From a virus (taxonomy: Duplodnaviria; Caudoviricetes), in the IMG/VR virus record IMGVR_UViG_3300030098_005673, positions 1 to 52,067 of that record: DNA of 52,067 nucleotides; one strand, written 5' to 3'. Shown piece after piece: positions 41,597 through 51,473 of this stretch. The notes below the pieces were generated by a model. It was not told the origin of the DNA. It ran no database searches and saw only the letters and a program-made list of their open reading frames with translations. The position numbers and the translations under genes are program-made. Each line of letters begins with the position of its first letter. Within the stretch, counting starts at the first letter, position 1.

Positions 41597-42301
41597 GTGT
41601 ATTTAAAATATGGAGAATACAAGCATAAAGAAGGTGAGGTTTCTTTATCAATTCGTGAGAAAAATATAGAAGACGACCAGAATAACAAGCTGGGAAGGGA
41701 AGAAACTTGGACAATATCGGGTTTAATTCTCCCAGATGATGATGCGGCAGATCCTGTTGCAAGTTTACAAACGAATATACAGAAATTACAAACTGCTTAC
41801 AATCAAAACGGCAAAAACATTTGCTTGTACATAGATGACGACAATAAAACTACTCACGAAATTGTAAGTTCTCAAACTACTGGGGGTGTTAGAGTTCAGT
41901 CTGTAGATTTTCCTGTAGGAGACGGATCAGAATTAGTTAATCAAAGATCATATCAAATTGTTGTCAAGGCAGAATCATTTTCTGCTTCTGGAGGCACTGG
42001 ATCTTCCGCTTTAAGCAAAACAGAAAGCGTAACTCAGATAGGGACCGGTGGACCGAGATACGTTATGAGAGAGTTGAGGACCGGATCTCCAGTTAGGCAA
42101 ATGGTAAGTGAAAGGACTTCAGTGTTAATACAACAAAGAGGAACTACTATAACAGTGGGAAATCCCTTAATCCCTCCACCGATGATGTCAGACTTTGAGC
42201 TTCTGCAAAAGCGAAGTATTTCAATGTCTTTCGACAGTTCGACACTTAAACACACAGTAAATTATTCTTACGAGTTTGAAACTTTCAGCGGCATAATATA
42301 G
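41597..42301 (+). CDS. Putative tail-tip/distal tail protein
   Basis: AAGGAG RBS; position after tape measure; beta-rich. Confidence 0.5.
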   Translation: MYLKYGEYKHKEGEVSLSIREKNIEDDQNNKLGREETWTISGLILPDDDAADPVASLQTNIQKLQTAYNQNGKNICLYIDDDNKTTHEIVSSQTTGGVRVQSVDFPVGDGSELVNQRSYQIVVKAESFSASGGTGSSALSKTESVTQIGTGGPRYVMRELRTGSPVRQMVSERTSVLIQQRGTTITVGNPLIPPPMMSDFELLQKRSISMSFDSSTLKHTVNYSYEFETFSGII

Positions 42302-42309
42302 GTTTACCA

Positions 42310-43602
42310 ATGGCAACAAGAACTTGGACTGGCAACGCTTTGCCAATAGCACAAATTACAAAATGGGTCATAGATGGTACTTGGGCTGCTGGCGACAAGT
42401 TTACTATGACAATTAACAGCAAAGACGTCACGGTTGCAACAACATCAGCTACTATTAGCACTGTGGCTAGTGAGATTGCAACGGCTTTAGGTGAGTCTAC
42501 AGTCAACGAGTTTCAAAGCATTTCGTGGACAAGCACATCAACACAGGTTGTGGGTACAGCTCTTGTAGCCGGAGTTCCTTTTACAGCCAGTGCAAGAGCT
42601 TATGAGTCAGACGGAACTACGCCGGGAGTAAACCACACGGTAGATGGAGCTAACACTGATCAAGCCGGAACTACTTCTACTGCTGCTACTGGACCAAATT
42701 TTGCTGACAACGCAGACAATTGGAGCGCCAAAACTCTGCCAGTGGACGACGATACAATTGTTTTTGAAAACAGCAGCGTAGACGTTCTTTATGGTTTAGC
42801 TAATTCTTCAGTAACTCCAGCCGAAATACACTTTAAAGCTTCTTACACTGGTCGCGTTGGGCTTCCTGCTTATGATTCAGCAGGTGATTTGCAATATCGA
42901 GACAGGTATTTGCAGTATGGAGTTTCTGGGGACAGTACAAACATAAAAGTTTTTGTTGGTCATGGGACTGGCGCTGGATCTAGTAGAATAAATTTAGATG
43001 TTGGATCTAGTCAGGCGACAGTGACAGTAGTCAAGACGGCAGAGGCTCCTCTTGGAGAGCAGTCTTTTAACTTTAAAGGCACACATTCTTCTAATGTTTT
43101 AACAGTAAACGCCGGAAGAGTTGGTATTGCAGCTTGGGATGGTGAGGCTAGTACGATTGCTACTTTAAAAATAGGTTACAACGAAAGCGTTATTTTTGAT
43201 GCAACCGTTTTTTCAGGTGACGCGGTTACTCTCGGTGCTGTGGACATGTCGGGCGGTACGTTCATAGCACAGACTAATATTACCACGCTAACAATGACTA
43301 ATGGAAATGCAACGCAACTCGACGGCGCAATAGCTACGGCTGTAATTTTAGGCGGCTCTCTTTCTTATCAAACCGACTCTACCCTAACAAACCTTACTAT
43401 TGGAAGTACCGGTGTGTTTAGCGCGAGAGAAGATTTGCGTTCAAGAACTGTGACTAACATTGTTATGCACGCAGGAGCAGCCTTCTATGATCCTTTCGGA
43501 ACGGTAACAGCTACCAACGGTTATGATTTAGTGCAAGCGTCTATACCTGAAGTAATATTAGACACTGCAAAGAATAAAACTTGGACTCCGAGTACCATAT
43601 AA
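42310..43602 (+). CDS. Putative tail structural protein (Thr/Ser/Gly-rich, beta-solenoid C-terminus)
   Basis: Composition and position; DNADNWS..TLP..DD.IVF motif. Confidence 0.55.
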   Translation: MATRTWTGNALPIAQITKWVIDGTWAAGDKFTMTINSKDVTVATTSATISTVASEIATALGESTVNEFQSISWTSTSTQVVGTALVAGVPFTASARAYESDGTTPGVNHTVDGANTDQAGTTSTAATGPNFADNADNWSAKTLPVDDDTIVFENSSVDVLYGLANSSVTPAEIHFKASYTGRVGLPAYDSAGDLQYRDRYLQYGVSGDSTNIKVFVGHGTGAGSSRINLDVGSSQATVTVVKTAEAPLGEQSFNFKGTHSSNVLTVNAGRVGIAAWDGEASTIATLKIGYNESVIFDATVFSGDAVTLGAVDMSGGTFIAQTNITTLTMTNGNATQLDGAIATAVILGGSLSYQTDSTLTNLTIGSTGVFSAREDLRSRTVTNIVMHAGAAFYDPFGTVTATNGYDLVQASIPEVILDTAKNKTWTPSTI

Positions 43603-45668
43603 TGTCCGAAAACCAAGCTTATGTTACATTCCCCGGAGTGCAACAAATTGAAAGCTTCTCTTATACGCAAGGGCATGGAGTAGCTCCGGGTTTGATAACC
43701 TTGGATATCGCTCCACAAAGCGTGTCTGATCTGCCCATGTACGGGGATTTAAAAGTTTTTTACAACGGGATAGAACGTCTAAACCTTCCCATGTGCTTAG
43801 TTGATAAAGCCAGTTACACAGTAAACAAGTCGGGTAAAAAGATTAAGCTCATTCTTAAAGACTGGAGATGGTCTTTAAAAAAAGCAAAGATCACGGCAAC
43901 TTACAACAGAAAAAATGGAATTGGCAAGATAGATACAATTTTAAAAGACGCTCCTTTTGATGAAGGGTATGGTCTTACATCAAATGCTTTCCTAGACCCA
44001 AAGCAAAGCCTTGATGAAATATGTAATATTTTAGAAGCAAGGCTAAACTTTGCTCATCCATTCGGCGGTGTATTTTTGAAGGGAGAGTTAAGAAAGAAAG
44101 ATGAATTTCCATATTTAAAACTTACAAATAAACCTGTTGTGCAGGTAATACAGCAACTTTGTGACAAGTATGGCTTGGTTTGCTTTCCAGAAGTTGGCAA
44201 GGGATTAAATAAAGGGCTTATACTTAGAACTGCTTTGAAAAATTCTGGATCGCCTCCCAAACAAAAATCCAGTCTGCTGACATCAGAAGAGGCATTTGAT
44301 CCTCCGGAAGTACCCAAAGAAGTAGCCGTTTATTCAGCGCCTATAACATTTGTAAAACATCTTGAGTTACATCCTGTCTTAGAGCAATTTAGTGAAGTTG
44401 ATAAATCAACTTGGAGCGACGAATATATTATTTACCCTGAAGATCCTCATTATGTACCTATCTGGGAACACACTTCTGTTTTATTTGCACTTCAAAATGG
44501 AAGAAACGGTGCAGGCGTAGAATCACCTAAAAGAATCTGGGGAATTGAAGCAATAAGAGCAGGTGGAGTGGCATCTACAATGGCTATTCCCAAGGGTCAA
44601 TATTTGCAAAAATACAGAATCGGGCATGGAGGTTATAACCATTTCACATGCGAAAAGGAAGAATTGCCAGACAATCAAATTTTTCTGAAAACGCAATGGA
44701 AAAACGCTTTTGCAATTAGCAACATTTTGGGAGAAACCAACTTTTATAAGCCGACTATTTATCATTATTCAATGATAAGTTTGCTGGATTACTTCCCTTA
44801 TCAAGTTGATAGGAATAGAGAAGAAATTGGCGACAGGCTGGGATGGATTAAAAATCAAAATGTGCAGTATTCAAGACCTGTAGTATGGGGGAACAGGTCA
44901 CGAGATGGTTATATGCATAATTACAGCACTGAAGAATCTATTGACCAGTACTATTTAGCTCAAGATGAAAGAGGGGAAAAACACTCGAAAAACAGTTACA
45001 TTATTCATGCCTTGGACAAACGAGGGGATGGTAGCTCTTACAGCATTGACAAGAAAAACAGGGTGGTCAGTTTAAGCAGGCCGTTGTACAGGTGGGCCGA
45101 TGTGAGAACTCTTTCTGATCGGTTGCAAAACTACAATCACGATCTAGACAGAGCAGAAAACCTTTACGTAGTTCCTCCATATATATTTATTTTAGCTCCA
45201 TTTCATTTAAGAAGCAGTATCACTGGAGATCATCTAAGGTTAAAAAGATCAGAGGTGGTAAACGCTAATGGGGTTGGGAGAGAGTACGTATACATAGATG
45301 ATATAAAGCCTTATTTTTTTGATGACTACAACGAAAGCAATTTTGACGAATGCCAAGAAAAAATGAGGAAGGAAATTCGAAAGCTTTCCGCTTCATATAA
45401 GTCAGTAGTCGCAGGAAAGAAAAGCAGCTATGCTGGAATTGTACCTATGTTGTTAAACGGAATTGTAAAATCAGTTAATTACTCAATAACACAAGGTGGA
45501 TCGACAACAACAGTAAACATAGGCGCGGACCTTGGTTTTGCTATGTCGAGAACGAACTCCCAGAATTACAGGGACTTGTCGTTTGCTCTTGATAGAGAAG
45601 ACTATGACGAATTTCACAACCCTGACAATAACTTTGGCAGAGAAGCTGAAGACTTTCCGTTTTCTTAA
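43602..45668 (+). CDS. Putative tail hub/baseplate protein
   Basis: Position; N-terminal and C-terminal beta-barrel-like segments (GIVKSVNYSITQGGSTTTV). Confidence 0.5.
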   Translation: MSENQAYVTFPGVQQIESFSYTQGHGVAPGLITLDIAPQSVSDLPMYGDLKVFYNGIERLNLPMCLVDKASYTVNKSGKKIKLILKDWRWSLKKAKITATYNRKNGIGKIDTILKDAPFDEGYGLTSNAFLDPKQSLDEICNILEARLNFAHPFGGVFLKGELRKKDEFPYLKLTNKPVVQVIQQLCDKYGLVCFPEVGKGLNKGLILRTALKNSGSPPKQKSSLLTSEEAFDPPEVPKEVAVYSAPITFVKHLELHPVLEQFSEVDKSTWSDEYIIYPEDPHYVPIWEHTSVLFALQNGRNGAGVESPKRIWGIEAIRAGGVASTMAIPKGQYLQKYRIGHGGYNHFTCEKEELPDNQIFLKTQWKNAFAISNILGETNFYKPTIYHYSMISLLDYFPYQVDRNREEIGDRLGWIKNQNVQYSRPVVWGNRSRDGYMHNYSTEESIDQYYLAQDERGEKHSKNSYIIHALDKRGDGSSYSIDKKNRVVSLSRPLYRWADVRTLSDRLQNYNHDLDRAENLYVVPPYIFILAPFHLRSSITGDHLRLKRSEVVNANGVGREYVYIDDIKPYFFDDYNESNFDECQEKMRKEIRKLSASYKSVVAGKKSSYAGIVPMLLNGIVKSVNYSITQGGSTTTVNIGADLGFAMSRTNSQNYRDLSFALDREDYDEFHNPDNNFGREAEDFPFS

Positions 45669-45677
45669 AGGCAGGCC

Positions 45678-47252
45678 ATGTACAACACTCCAAACATGCT
45701 CGATAGGGTTTATAGCACCTCAGCGTTTTATAAATCATACCAACAAGATAAAAAAGATTTACTTCCCTTTCGTGCAGCGTACATAATGCCTACAGGTTAT
45801 GGATATGCTTCCTCGTCCTTTGGTGCTGTAGATATTACGGATAGACAATTTTTCCAAGGTTCTCAAGAAGATTTTGGGGATAATGAATACTTTTTAAATG
45901 AAGCCAAGTCGTTTGTCGTAAACGGGCCAACAGTTCTTAAGGATGGAGATCGTGGCGCAGTACAATTAACTACTGGTCATTTTTTTGGAGTTGTAGAACG
46001 TGCGGAGGTGGACGGCAGGGAATATTGGGTGGGTATAGGCGCAAGGGTAGACCTGAATGCAACAGGAACTTTTACACCGACTGGAGGGGGGCAGTTTACA
46101 ATAGTTGGCGATGGCCCTATGTGGAGCAGCAACGGTCAAAAAGTGATGTTGTTGGAAAGGGCAAGGAATGATCAAAATTTTGTATTTGTTAAAGTTCCAA
46201 GCCAGCCGATAGAAGGAAGGGTGGGAGAAAAACCCGGATTCGCAAGATGCAAGCTAGTTCGATTAACTGTCGGGCCTTACGGACCTTTAAGTCGGTATAC
46301 CACCCTTTTTTTAGAAACAGAAGCTGATGTTGACGTATATAATTGGTGTAAAAATCAGGTCGGATTAAACCCAGATAATTATTTAATGTGCGCGAGACTT
46401 CACGGGTTGTGGATAGTCGTAGCCGAAGACTGTTTTTCTGATGGGAATAGTGAGCCTGTTTCTCCAATTTTTGGTGGAATTTTAGGCGCTCCTATAATTT
46501 CTTCAAAAAAACAAGTTTCACAAAGGCACTCTACGTCATTAAAAGAAAATTACAAACTAAATCAAGATCGTTTAAACAATCAAAGTTCATCAGGTCTTTA
46601 CTCTCAAATATCTGTAAAGACAGAGGGTGTGGAGAGAAGCCCCAAGAGTTCTTTTGACAGAAAAGAACAGGCTAGGGTGGCGGCGATGGGTAATAATGAT
46701 TTTTTTGCTAGAGATACAAACTCTCTAACTGTTGCTGTTGGTAGAAGGTTTACTTTTACTCCAGCTATAAAAAGAAAACATGGGAGAAAGCAAGGGCCAT
46801 TCAGCTTTTCGATTACTGGCAGGCTTCCTGATGGACTAAGTTTTGATAAAAAAACAGGTACTATTAGAGGTACTTTGGTGTCAGAGATTTACAACTTTAC
46901 TACTTCGATAACAGCAACTGATCCTTTTAACAGGTCTGACTCTACAAGAATTATAATTGGCTCCAAAACGGATGGATTACGAGTAACTCCTCCTACGAAT
47001 TTATCTTTGACCGTTGGCGTTGCTGCTACTAAAACTTGGACTGCAACAGGTGGCGTAGAGCCTTATACGTTTAGCATTAACAATACGCCTGCGGGAATGT
47101 CCTTTAATACTAGGACGGGTGTTTTGTCGGGAACGCCTTCTGGAGCTGGCACAACGAGCTGCACTGTTTCTGTTACTAGCGTAGCTCAGAATCAGGCATA
47201 TTCTGGTAAAACAATTTCCGCTGACGCAGTAAATTTAGTAGCTCTCGCCTAG
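45678..47252 (+). CDS. Tail protein with two C-terminal putative Ig (He_PIG-like) domains
   Basis: GRLPDGLSFDKKTGTIRGT and GGVEPYTFS...PAGMSFNTRTGVLSGTP. Confidence 0.75.
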   Translation: MYNTPNMLDRVYSTSAFYKSYQQDKKDLLPFRAAYIMPTGYGYASSSFGAVDITDRQFFQGSQEDFGDNEYFLNEAKSFVVNGPTVLKDGDRGAVQLTTGHFFGVVERAEVDGREYWVGIGARVDLNATGTFTPTGGGQFTIVGDGPMWSSNGQKVMLLERARNDQNFVFVKVPSQPIEGRVGEKPGFARCKLVRLTVGPYGPLSRYTTLFLETEADVDVYNWCKNQVGLNPDNYLMCARLHGLWIVVAEDCFSDGNSEPVSPIFGGILGAPIISSKKQVSQRHSTSLKENYKLNQDRLNNQSSSGLYSQISVKTEGVERSPKSSFDRKEQARVAAMGNNDFFARDTNSLTVAVGRRFTFTPAIKRKHGRKQGPFSFSITGRLPDGLSFDKKTGTIRGTLVSEIYNFTTSITATDPFNRSDSTRIIIGSKTDGLRVTPPTNLSLTVGVAATKTWTATGGVEPYTFSINNTPAGMSFNTRTGVLSGTPSGAGTTSCTVSVTSVAQNQAYSGKTISADAVNLVALA

Positions 47253-47267
47253 AGTGGAGACGTAGGT

Positions 47268-48575
47268 ATGACAGGTTTAAGTCCGGGCTGTAATTGTTGT
47301 GGTCCATGCGGCCCAAATTATTCTGGTTCAGGGTACTACAGAAATATACAAATTTATTGCTACGGCACTTACAACCAAAGTTCATTTTCTAATGAAATAA
47401 CAGACTGGCTGGAAACTTGGTACAAAACCAGAGAGGAAATTCTTCAAAGGTGGATTCAATCAGAGGGGTTCGGTGTATACGGAAGCACATGGACTCAGAT
47501 GATACACGAAGGTGATTATGAGTTTCATTCAAATATCAACGGTATAACTGGGCGTATTTACCATCAAACAATTTCTTACGATTATGATGACCCAGATTCC
47601 GGACAGCCCTTTTTAGCCAGATGGCAACCGTCTTCTAGTAATTACCCTTGGAATGCTTTTCGCCAATGGCGAATGCTTTCCACAAGCAGGAGGCGGCGTA
47701 CAAACAACTCAGGTTACACCAAAGCAACTTATGGAATTTTTTTGCAGCACGCTTGCAAGGATGATGTTGCTGTAGGTGTTAAGGTGGTTTCAGGGGTAGG
47801 TAAGGGGGATTTTTCAAAAACTTCAGGAGCTGAATTAAAAAATGCACTTGGATATGGCCCGATGCCGGGCGCTTGGGTGCATAAAGATAATGACCAGTGG
47901 TACGAAGAAAGCTCGCTGCAATACGGATTTGGAGTTGATATTCAACATGCAAGCATAGACGACGGAGATTCATGCAAGTTGCGATATTGTTATTACATCA
48001 GCAATTCAGACAACCCAGATGACAACGGTGTACTGGTGGAAGGTGAAAGTGACGTAGCTCTCGAAGGGGAGATTGAGCTTAGGTGGGAAGTCTCAAAAGA
48101 AAAGCGAAGAATATTTACAAGAAAAGCAGACGGAACAATAGATGGACCCGGAGAGGATTGGGGTCGTGCAACGAACTGTTGGGGAATAAGAGACGTTCAG
48201 TTGATTATAAAGTTTGAAGGAGAGGTTGTACACGAGTCGCAGATTGTCGAAAAATGGTTTAACGACCTTGATATGAAAATCCTTAGCGAATCATACAAGC
48301 TATCACTTAACCCTTTGGGGCTTACGGTTAAAGGTTTTTTAGCTTGGGACGGCTATTATGATTGTTGGCTAGATCCAAACCACAGGGCAATTACAGCGGA
48401 TCTTCCGTCGAACGCTGCGAAAAACCATCCCGACAGGCATATCAACACTCCAGTTACATACAATGACTATCGTGAAGGTGATACCAACCTTGGCTGGGGC
48501 GAACGCACAGTGCAAAGATACGACGAACGAGATTGGTATTTTGGAAAACCAGAGGTTTATACGGAAATATTATGA
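47268..48575 (+). CDS. Hypothetical tail-associated protein with N-terminal GCNCCGPC
   Basis: GGAG RBS; long ORF in tail block. Confidence 0.65.
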   Translation: MTGLSPGCNCCGPCGPNYSGSGYYRNIQIYCYGTYNQSSFSNEITDWLETWYKTREEILQRWIQSEGFGVYGSTWTQMIHEGDYEFHSNINGITGRIYHQTISYDYDDPDSGQPFLARWQPSSSNYPWNAFRQWRMLSTSRRRRTNNSGYTKATYGIFLQHACKDDVAVGVKVVSGVGKGDFSKTSGAELKNALGYGPMPGAWVHKDNDQWYEESSLQYGFGVDIQHASIDDGDSCKLRYCYYISNSDNPDDNGVLVEGESDVALEGEIELRWEVSKEKRRIFTRKADGTIDGPGEDWGRATNCWGIRDVQLIIKFEGEVVHESQIVEKWFNDLDMKILSESYKLSLNPLGLTVKGFLAWDGYYDCWLDPNHRAITADLPSNAAKNHPDRHINTPVTYNDYREGDTNLGWGERTVQRYDERDWYFGKPEVYTEIL

Positions 48576-48796
48576 GCCGATTGGAAAAGATAAGAAGGCT
48601 GAAAAGGTGTGTTTACCGTGGTATTGATTTGAAAAAAAAGATAAAAATACAGTCAGGGGGATGCAAAAGCGGGCCTCTTTATGAAAAGCTGTTTTTTTGT
48701 GAAAATCCAAAACAAAGAATGCAAGTAACATTTAGGCATACAGGAACGAACGTAAAGTCTTGTATGTCATGCCAAATTGGAAAATTCGAGCAATAA
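48572..48796 (+). CDS. Small basic Cys-rich protein
   Basis: ATGA overlap; five Cys including CxxC. Confidence 0.6.
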   Translation: MSRLEKIRRLKRCVYRGIDLKKKIKIQSGGCKSGPLYEKLFFCENPKQRMQVTFRHTGTNVKSCMSCQIGKFEQ

Positions 48797-48808
48797 GGAA
48801 ATACTTAA

Positions 48809-49180
48809 ATGGCTAACGAAATTTATTACACGACCGGATTACAAGTAGTACACGATGACTTGCTTCTCGATATTAACGACTTAGCAAGGACTTGCGATAT
48901 GGCGGGTCATATCGTTACAAGGGATGTAAAGGCAGTACCTACAACAGCAGCAGGGACAGCACTTGATCTTGCTTCTATCTCAACCCAAGGGTTCGCTCAT
49001 TTTGTAAACCTAGACTCAACTAATTATATTGAGATTGGTGTTCAGGTTAGCAGCACATTTTACCCGTTTGTAAAGTTGAAAGCTGGTGAGGCTTGCCTGC
49101 TTCCTTTAGGAACGAGCGCTCCATACGCAAGAGCTAACACTGCGTCTGTGAACTTAGATTTCACCGTTTGCGAGAGATAG
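48809..49180 (+). CDS. Hypothetical beta-sandwich virion protein
   Basis: AAGGA RBS; NLDSTNYIEIG...KLKAGEA. Confidence 0.65.
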   Translation: MANEIYYTTGLQVVHDDLLLDINDLARTCDMAGHIVTRDVKAVPTTAAGTALDLASISTQGFAHFVNLDSTNYIEIGVQVSSTFYPFVKLKAGEACLLPLGTSAPYARANTASVNLDFTVCER

Positions 49181-49228
49181 TAATTCTGCTACGCTTGTGG
49201 CTTACCTTTTCTGGGAGCCACAAAACGC

Positions 49229-49879
49229 ATGGACACGCTAACTATCATAACCTCAGCCATCACAGCTATTTTTGGTGCTGGCGGGGTTGGTGCTTACTTC
49301 AAATACGCAAATAATAAAATAGCCAGCATAGCGGAACAGCAAGCTATGTTTACAGCGCAGTTAATTGAAGAAACCAGCACCCTAAGAGAAGCGGTTTCTG
49401 CGCGAGATTCACATATTATAAAATTGCAGGCTGAGGTAAGAACTCTTACCGCAAAAGTGTCTCAGCTATCCGACCAACTAGACGATTACGAATCTCGTGT
49501 TACGGAGTTTGACGCAAAAGACTTGCTAGAACAGGTTTTTAATTCTTTAGATTTTCCAGCTTGGATTCATTCGGTTTCTGAAAATCGTTGGTACGTAAAT
49601 GACACATACGCCGAAACTTTTTCGTGTTTTCGCCAAGACTTTTGGACCCCTTTAAACGTGCTAGCGAATTTGCCTAGTGGGGTTGCTTCTCAGTACATAT
49701 CGAATAATATTAAAGCAATAGAACAAAACGCTGGATTGGTGTTTGAAGAAGAGTTTGTGTGCAATGGCGACAGCTCGGTTTTGTCTGTCGCAAAATATCC
49801 ACTGACTGCTGGAGGCAGGAAATACGTTCTTGGTTGTGCCAAGACAGGAAGTAGTTTGTGGGGTAAAGACATTAACTAA
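49229..49879 (+). CDS. Membrane-anchored coiled-coil plus PAS-like domain protein
   Basis: N-terminal TM, heptad coil, then LDFPAWI...YVNDTYAE.F...A.QY..N...A.......FEEE...VAKYPL...YVLG. Confidence 0.7.
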   Translation: MDTLTIITSAITAIFGAGGVGAYFKYANNKIASIAEQQAMFTAQLIEETSTLREAVSARDSHIIKLQAEVRTLTAKVSQLSDQLDDYESRVTEFDAKDLLEQVFNSLDFPAWIHSVSENRWYVNDTYAETFSCFRQDFWTPLNVLANLPSGVASQYISNNIKAIEQNAGLVFEEEFVCNGDSSVLSVAKYPLTAGGRKYVLGCAKTGSSLWGKDIN

Positions 49880-49891
49880 ACGGAGGTTGTT

Positions 49892-50257
49892 TTGTCAGAC
49901 AAGAAAGTGTCGCACGACACGGGGTTTCTGCGTGACAGGCGAAGAAAACGATTGCAGGATTTATTCCCTTGTGAGATTGTTGTTGGAGATAGGGTTGTAA
50001 TTTCAGCCGGACCTCGACAAGAGGTTGTGGGAGTCATAGTCAAAGAAAGAAAGGAGGTTAGGTACGATCTTCGATCTAGTAAGTGGAAAGAGCAGCCGGT
50101 TTTTCAAGTTGAGCCGATTGATACTCCGGGCAAAGTTTTGGAGCATTGGCATACAAGGTATGAAGTTTCTTATTCGCCTGATCTTAAGGAGATTTGGGCA
50201 AAAGCTAAAGCAATTAGAGAATTAAACGAAAGTGAAGGGATACGAAGGTATGAGTGA
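49892..50257 (+). CDS. Hypothetical protein with KOW/SH3-like motif
   Basis: GGAGG RBS before TTG; VGDRVVISAGP...VGVI. Confidence 0.6.
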   Translation: MSDKKVSHDTGFLRDRRRKRLQDLFPCEIVVGDRVVISAGPRQEVVGVIVKERKEVRYDLRSSKWKEQPVFQVEPIDTPGKVLEHWHTRYEVSYSPDLKEIWAKAKAIRELNESEGIRRYE

Positions 50258-50918
50258 TGCAAAAAAAAGAACGACGAAAGTTGATAAGCCGGTAGAGCAG
50301 AAAACTTTAATGGGGAAAGTGGCTTCTGTGATAGTGCGTCTCGGCGTTTTGGGAAAAGAGTCAAGAAATGCTTTTGACAAATACGACTATGCTTCAATTG
50401 ATAAATTCTTAGAGCATGTACGGGAGGTTATAGGAGAGGCTGGGCTAGTTGTTTTGCAAGATGAGATATCTGTTGAGCATTTTGACCGCCAATCAGGAGG
50501 TAAGGTCAAGCCTTGGCAAACTTACGTTTATGAGTTTTCTATTGTGGACGAGTCAGGCGAGTCAACTAAACCTTTAAGAAGAACTGTTTCGGTTCCCTTC
50601 AATGGTGCGCAGGCAAGTGGTTCAGCCCAGAGTTATGCGTTAAAGCAGTTTCTTCGTTCTACGTTCTTGATTGCAACTGGAGACAAGGTTGAGCTTAACG
50701 ATGCCGACGCTATGGCAACAGATACTTCTCCGGTAGTTAAGAAGACTATTACTTTGGAGCAGCAAAAAATTATTGAGTCGGCGATGTCATGGATGAGCGA
50801 AGAAGAAAAGTCTTCTGAATTAAAGAAGTGGAACGTCGCTTCAGTTTCTGATCTCTCGGTTCGTCGCTTCGAGGGTTGCATGAAATACCTAGCAAAAATG
50901 AACCCACAAGAGGTGTAA
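50250..50918 (+). CDS. erf: ERF-family single-strand annealing protein
   Basis: K..RNAFDKYDYAS.D...QASGSAQSYALKQFL...F.I.TGD...DAD. Confidence 0.85.
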   Translation: MSDAKKRTTKVDKPVEQKTLMGKVASVIVRLGVLGKESRNAFDKYDYASIDKFLEHVREVIGEAGLVVLQDEISVEHFDRQSGGKVKPWQTYVYEFSIVDESGESTKPLRRTVSVPFNGAQASGSAQSYALKQFLRSTFLIATGDKVELNDADAMATDTSPVVKKTITLEQQKIIESAMSWMSEEEKSSELKKWNVASVSDLSVRRFEGCMKYLAKMNPQEV

Positions 50919-50921
50919 GGC

Positions 50922-51473
50922 ATGGTGCGTTTGTGTAAAATGTTTTCAAAATGGTTTGTTTCGAAAAAAAACAAAAGGCGGGGTGTCGCCATTACCGATA
51001 AAGAATTTGAAATAATTTACAACGATGTAGTGAGGACCATGAAGGTTGCGCCGCAGCCAGAGGATGACTACGTAAAAACTGTTTTTGTTGATTGCCCGTT
51101 AGAAATAGAAGCAGGTCTTTTTCAGATGCTTGAAGAAGATGAGATGGACTTTGTGATAAGCCAAAATTACGAAATGCTCATCACGTATAGCAAGTCTGGA
51201 GATCCGGTTGGTTTTGTTGGCTATTACGAAGATGGGAGGTGGCTAGATATCCATACGTTGTTTATGTATATCGATTACTGCCATTACTGGGCAATTAAAG
51301 AGCAGATAAACGCAGTGGCTGCTATGGCTCCACAAAAGCGATTGCGTATGTATGCGCCAGACCAGCTTCCACCTGATGCTCAGAGGGCTTATTACGACTG
51401 TGGGCTTGAGGCTGCTGCAACTTGCAACGGTGCAACTCGCTGGGTTAAGCCCGTCAGGAGTGTTCGTGAATAG
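50922..51473 (+). CDS. GNAT-fold-like protein (degenerate)
   Basis: DPVGFVGY...LDIHTLFM...AQRAYYDCGLEA resembles RimI-type GNAT, but the acetyl-CoA motif is not evident. Confidence 0.45.
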   Translation: MVRLCKMFSKWFVSKKNKRRGVAITDKEFEIIYNDVVRTMKVAPQPEDDYVKTVFVDCPLEIEAGLFQMLEEDEMDFVISQNYEMLITYSKSGDPVGFVGYYEDGRWLDIHTLFMYIDYCHYWAIKEQINAVAAMAPQKRLRMYAPDQLPPDAQRAYYDCGLEAAATCNGATRWVKPVRSVRE

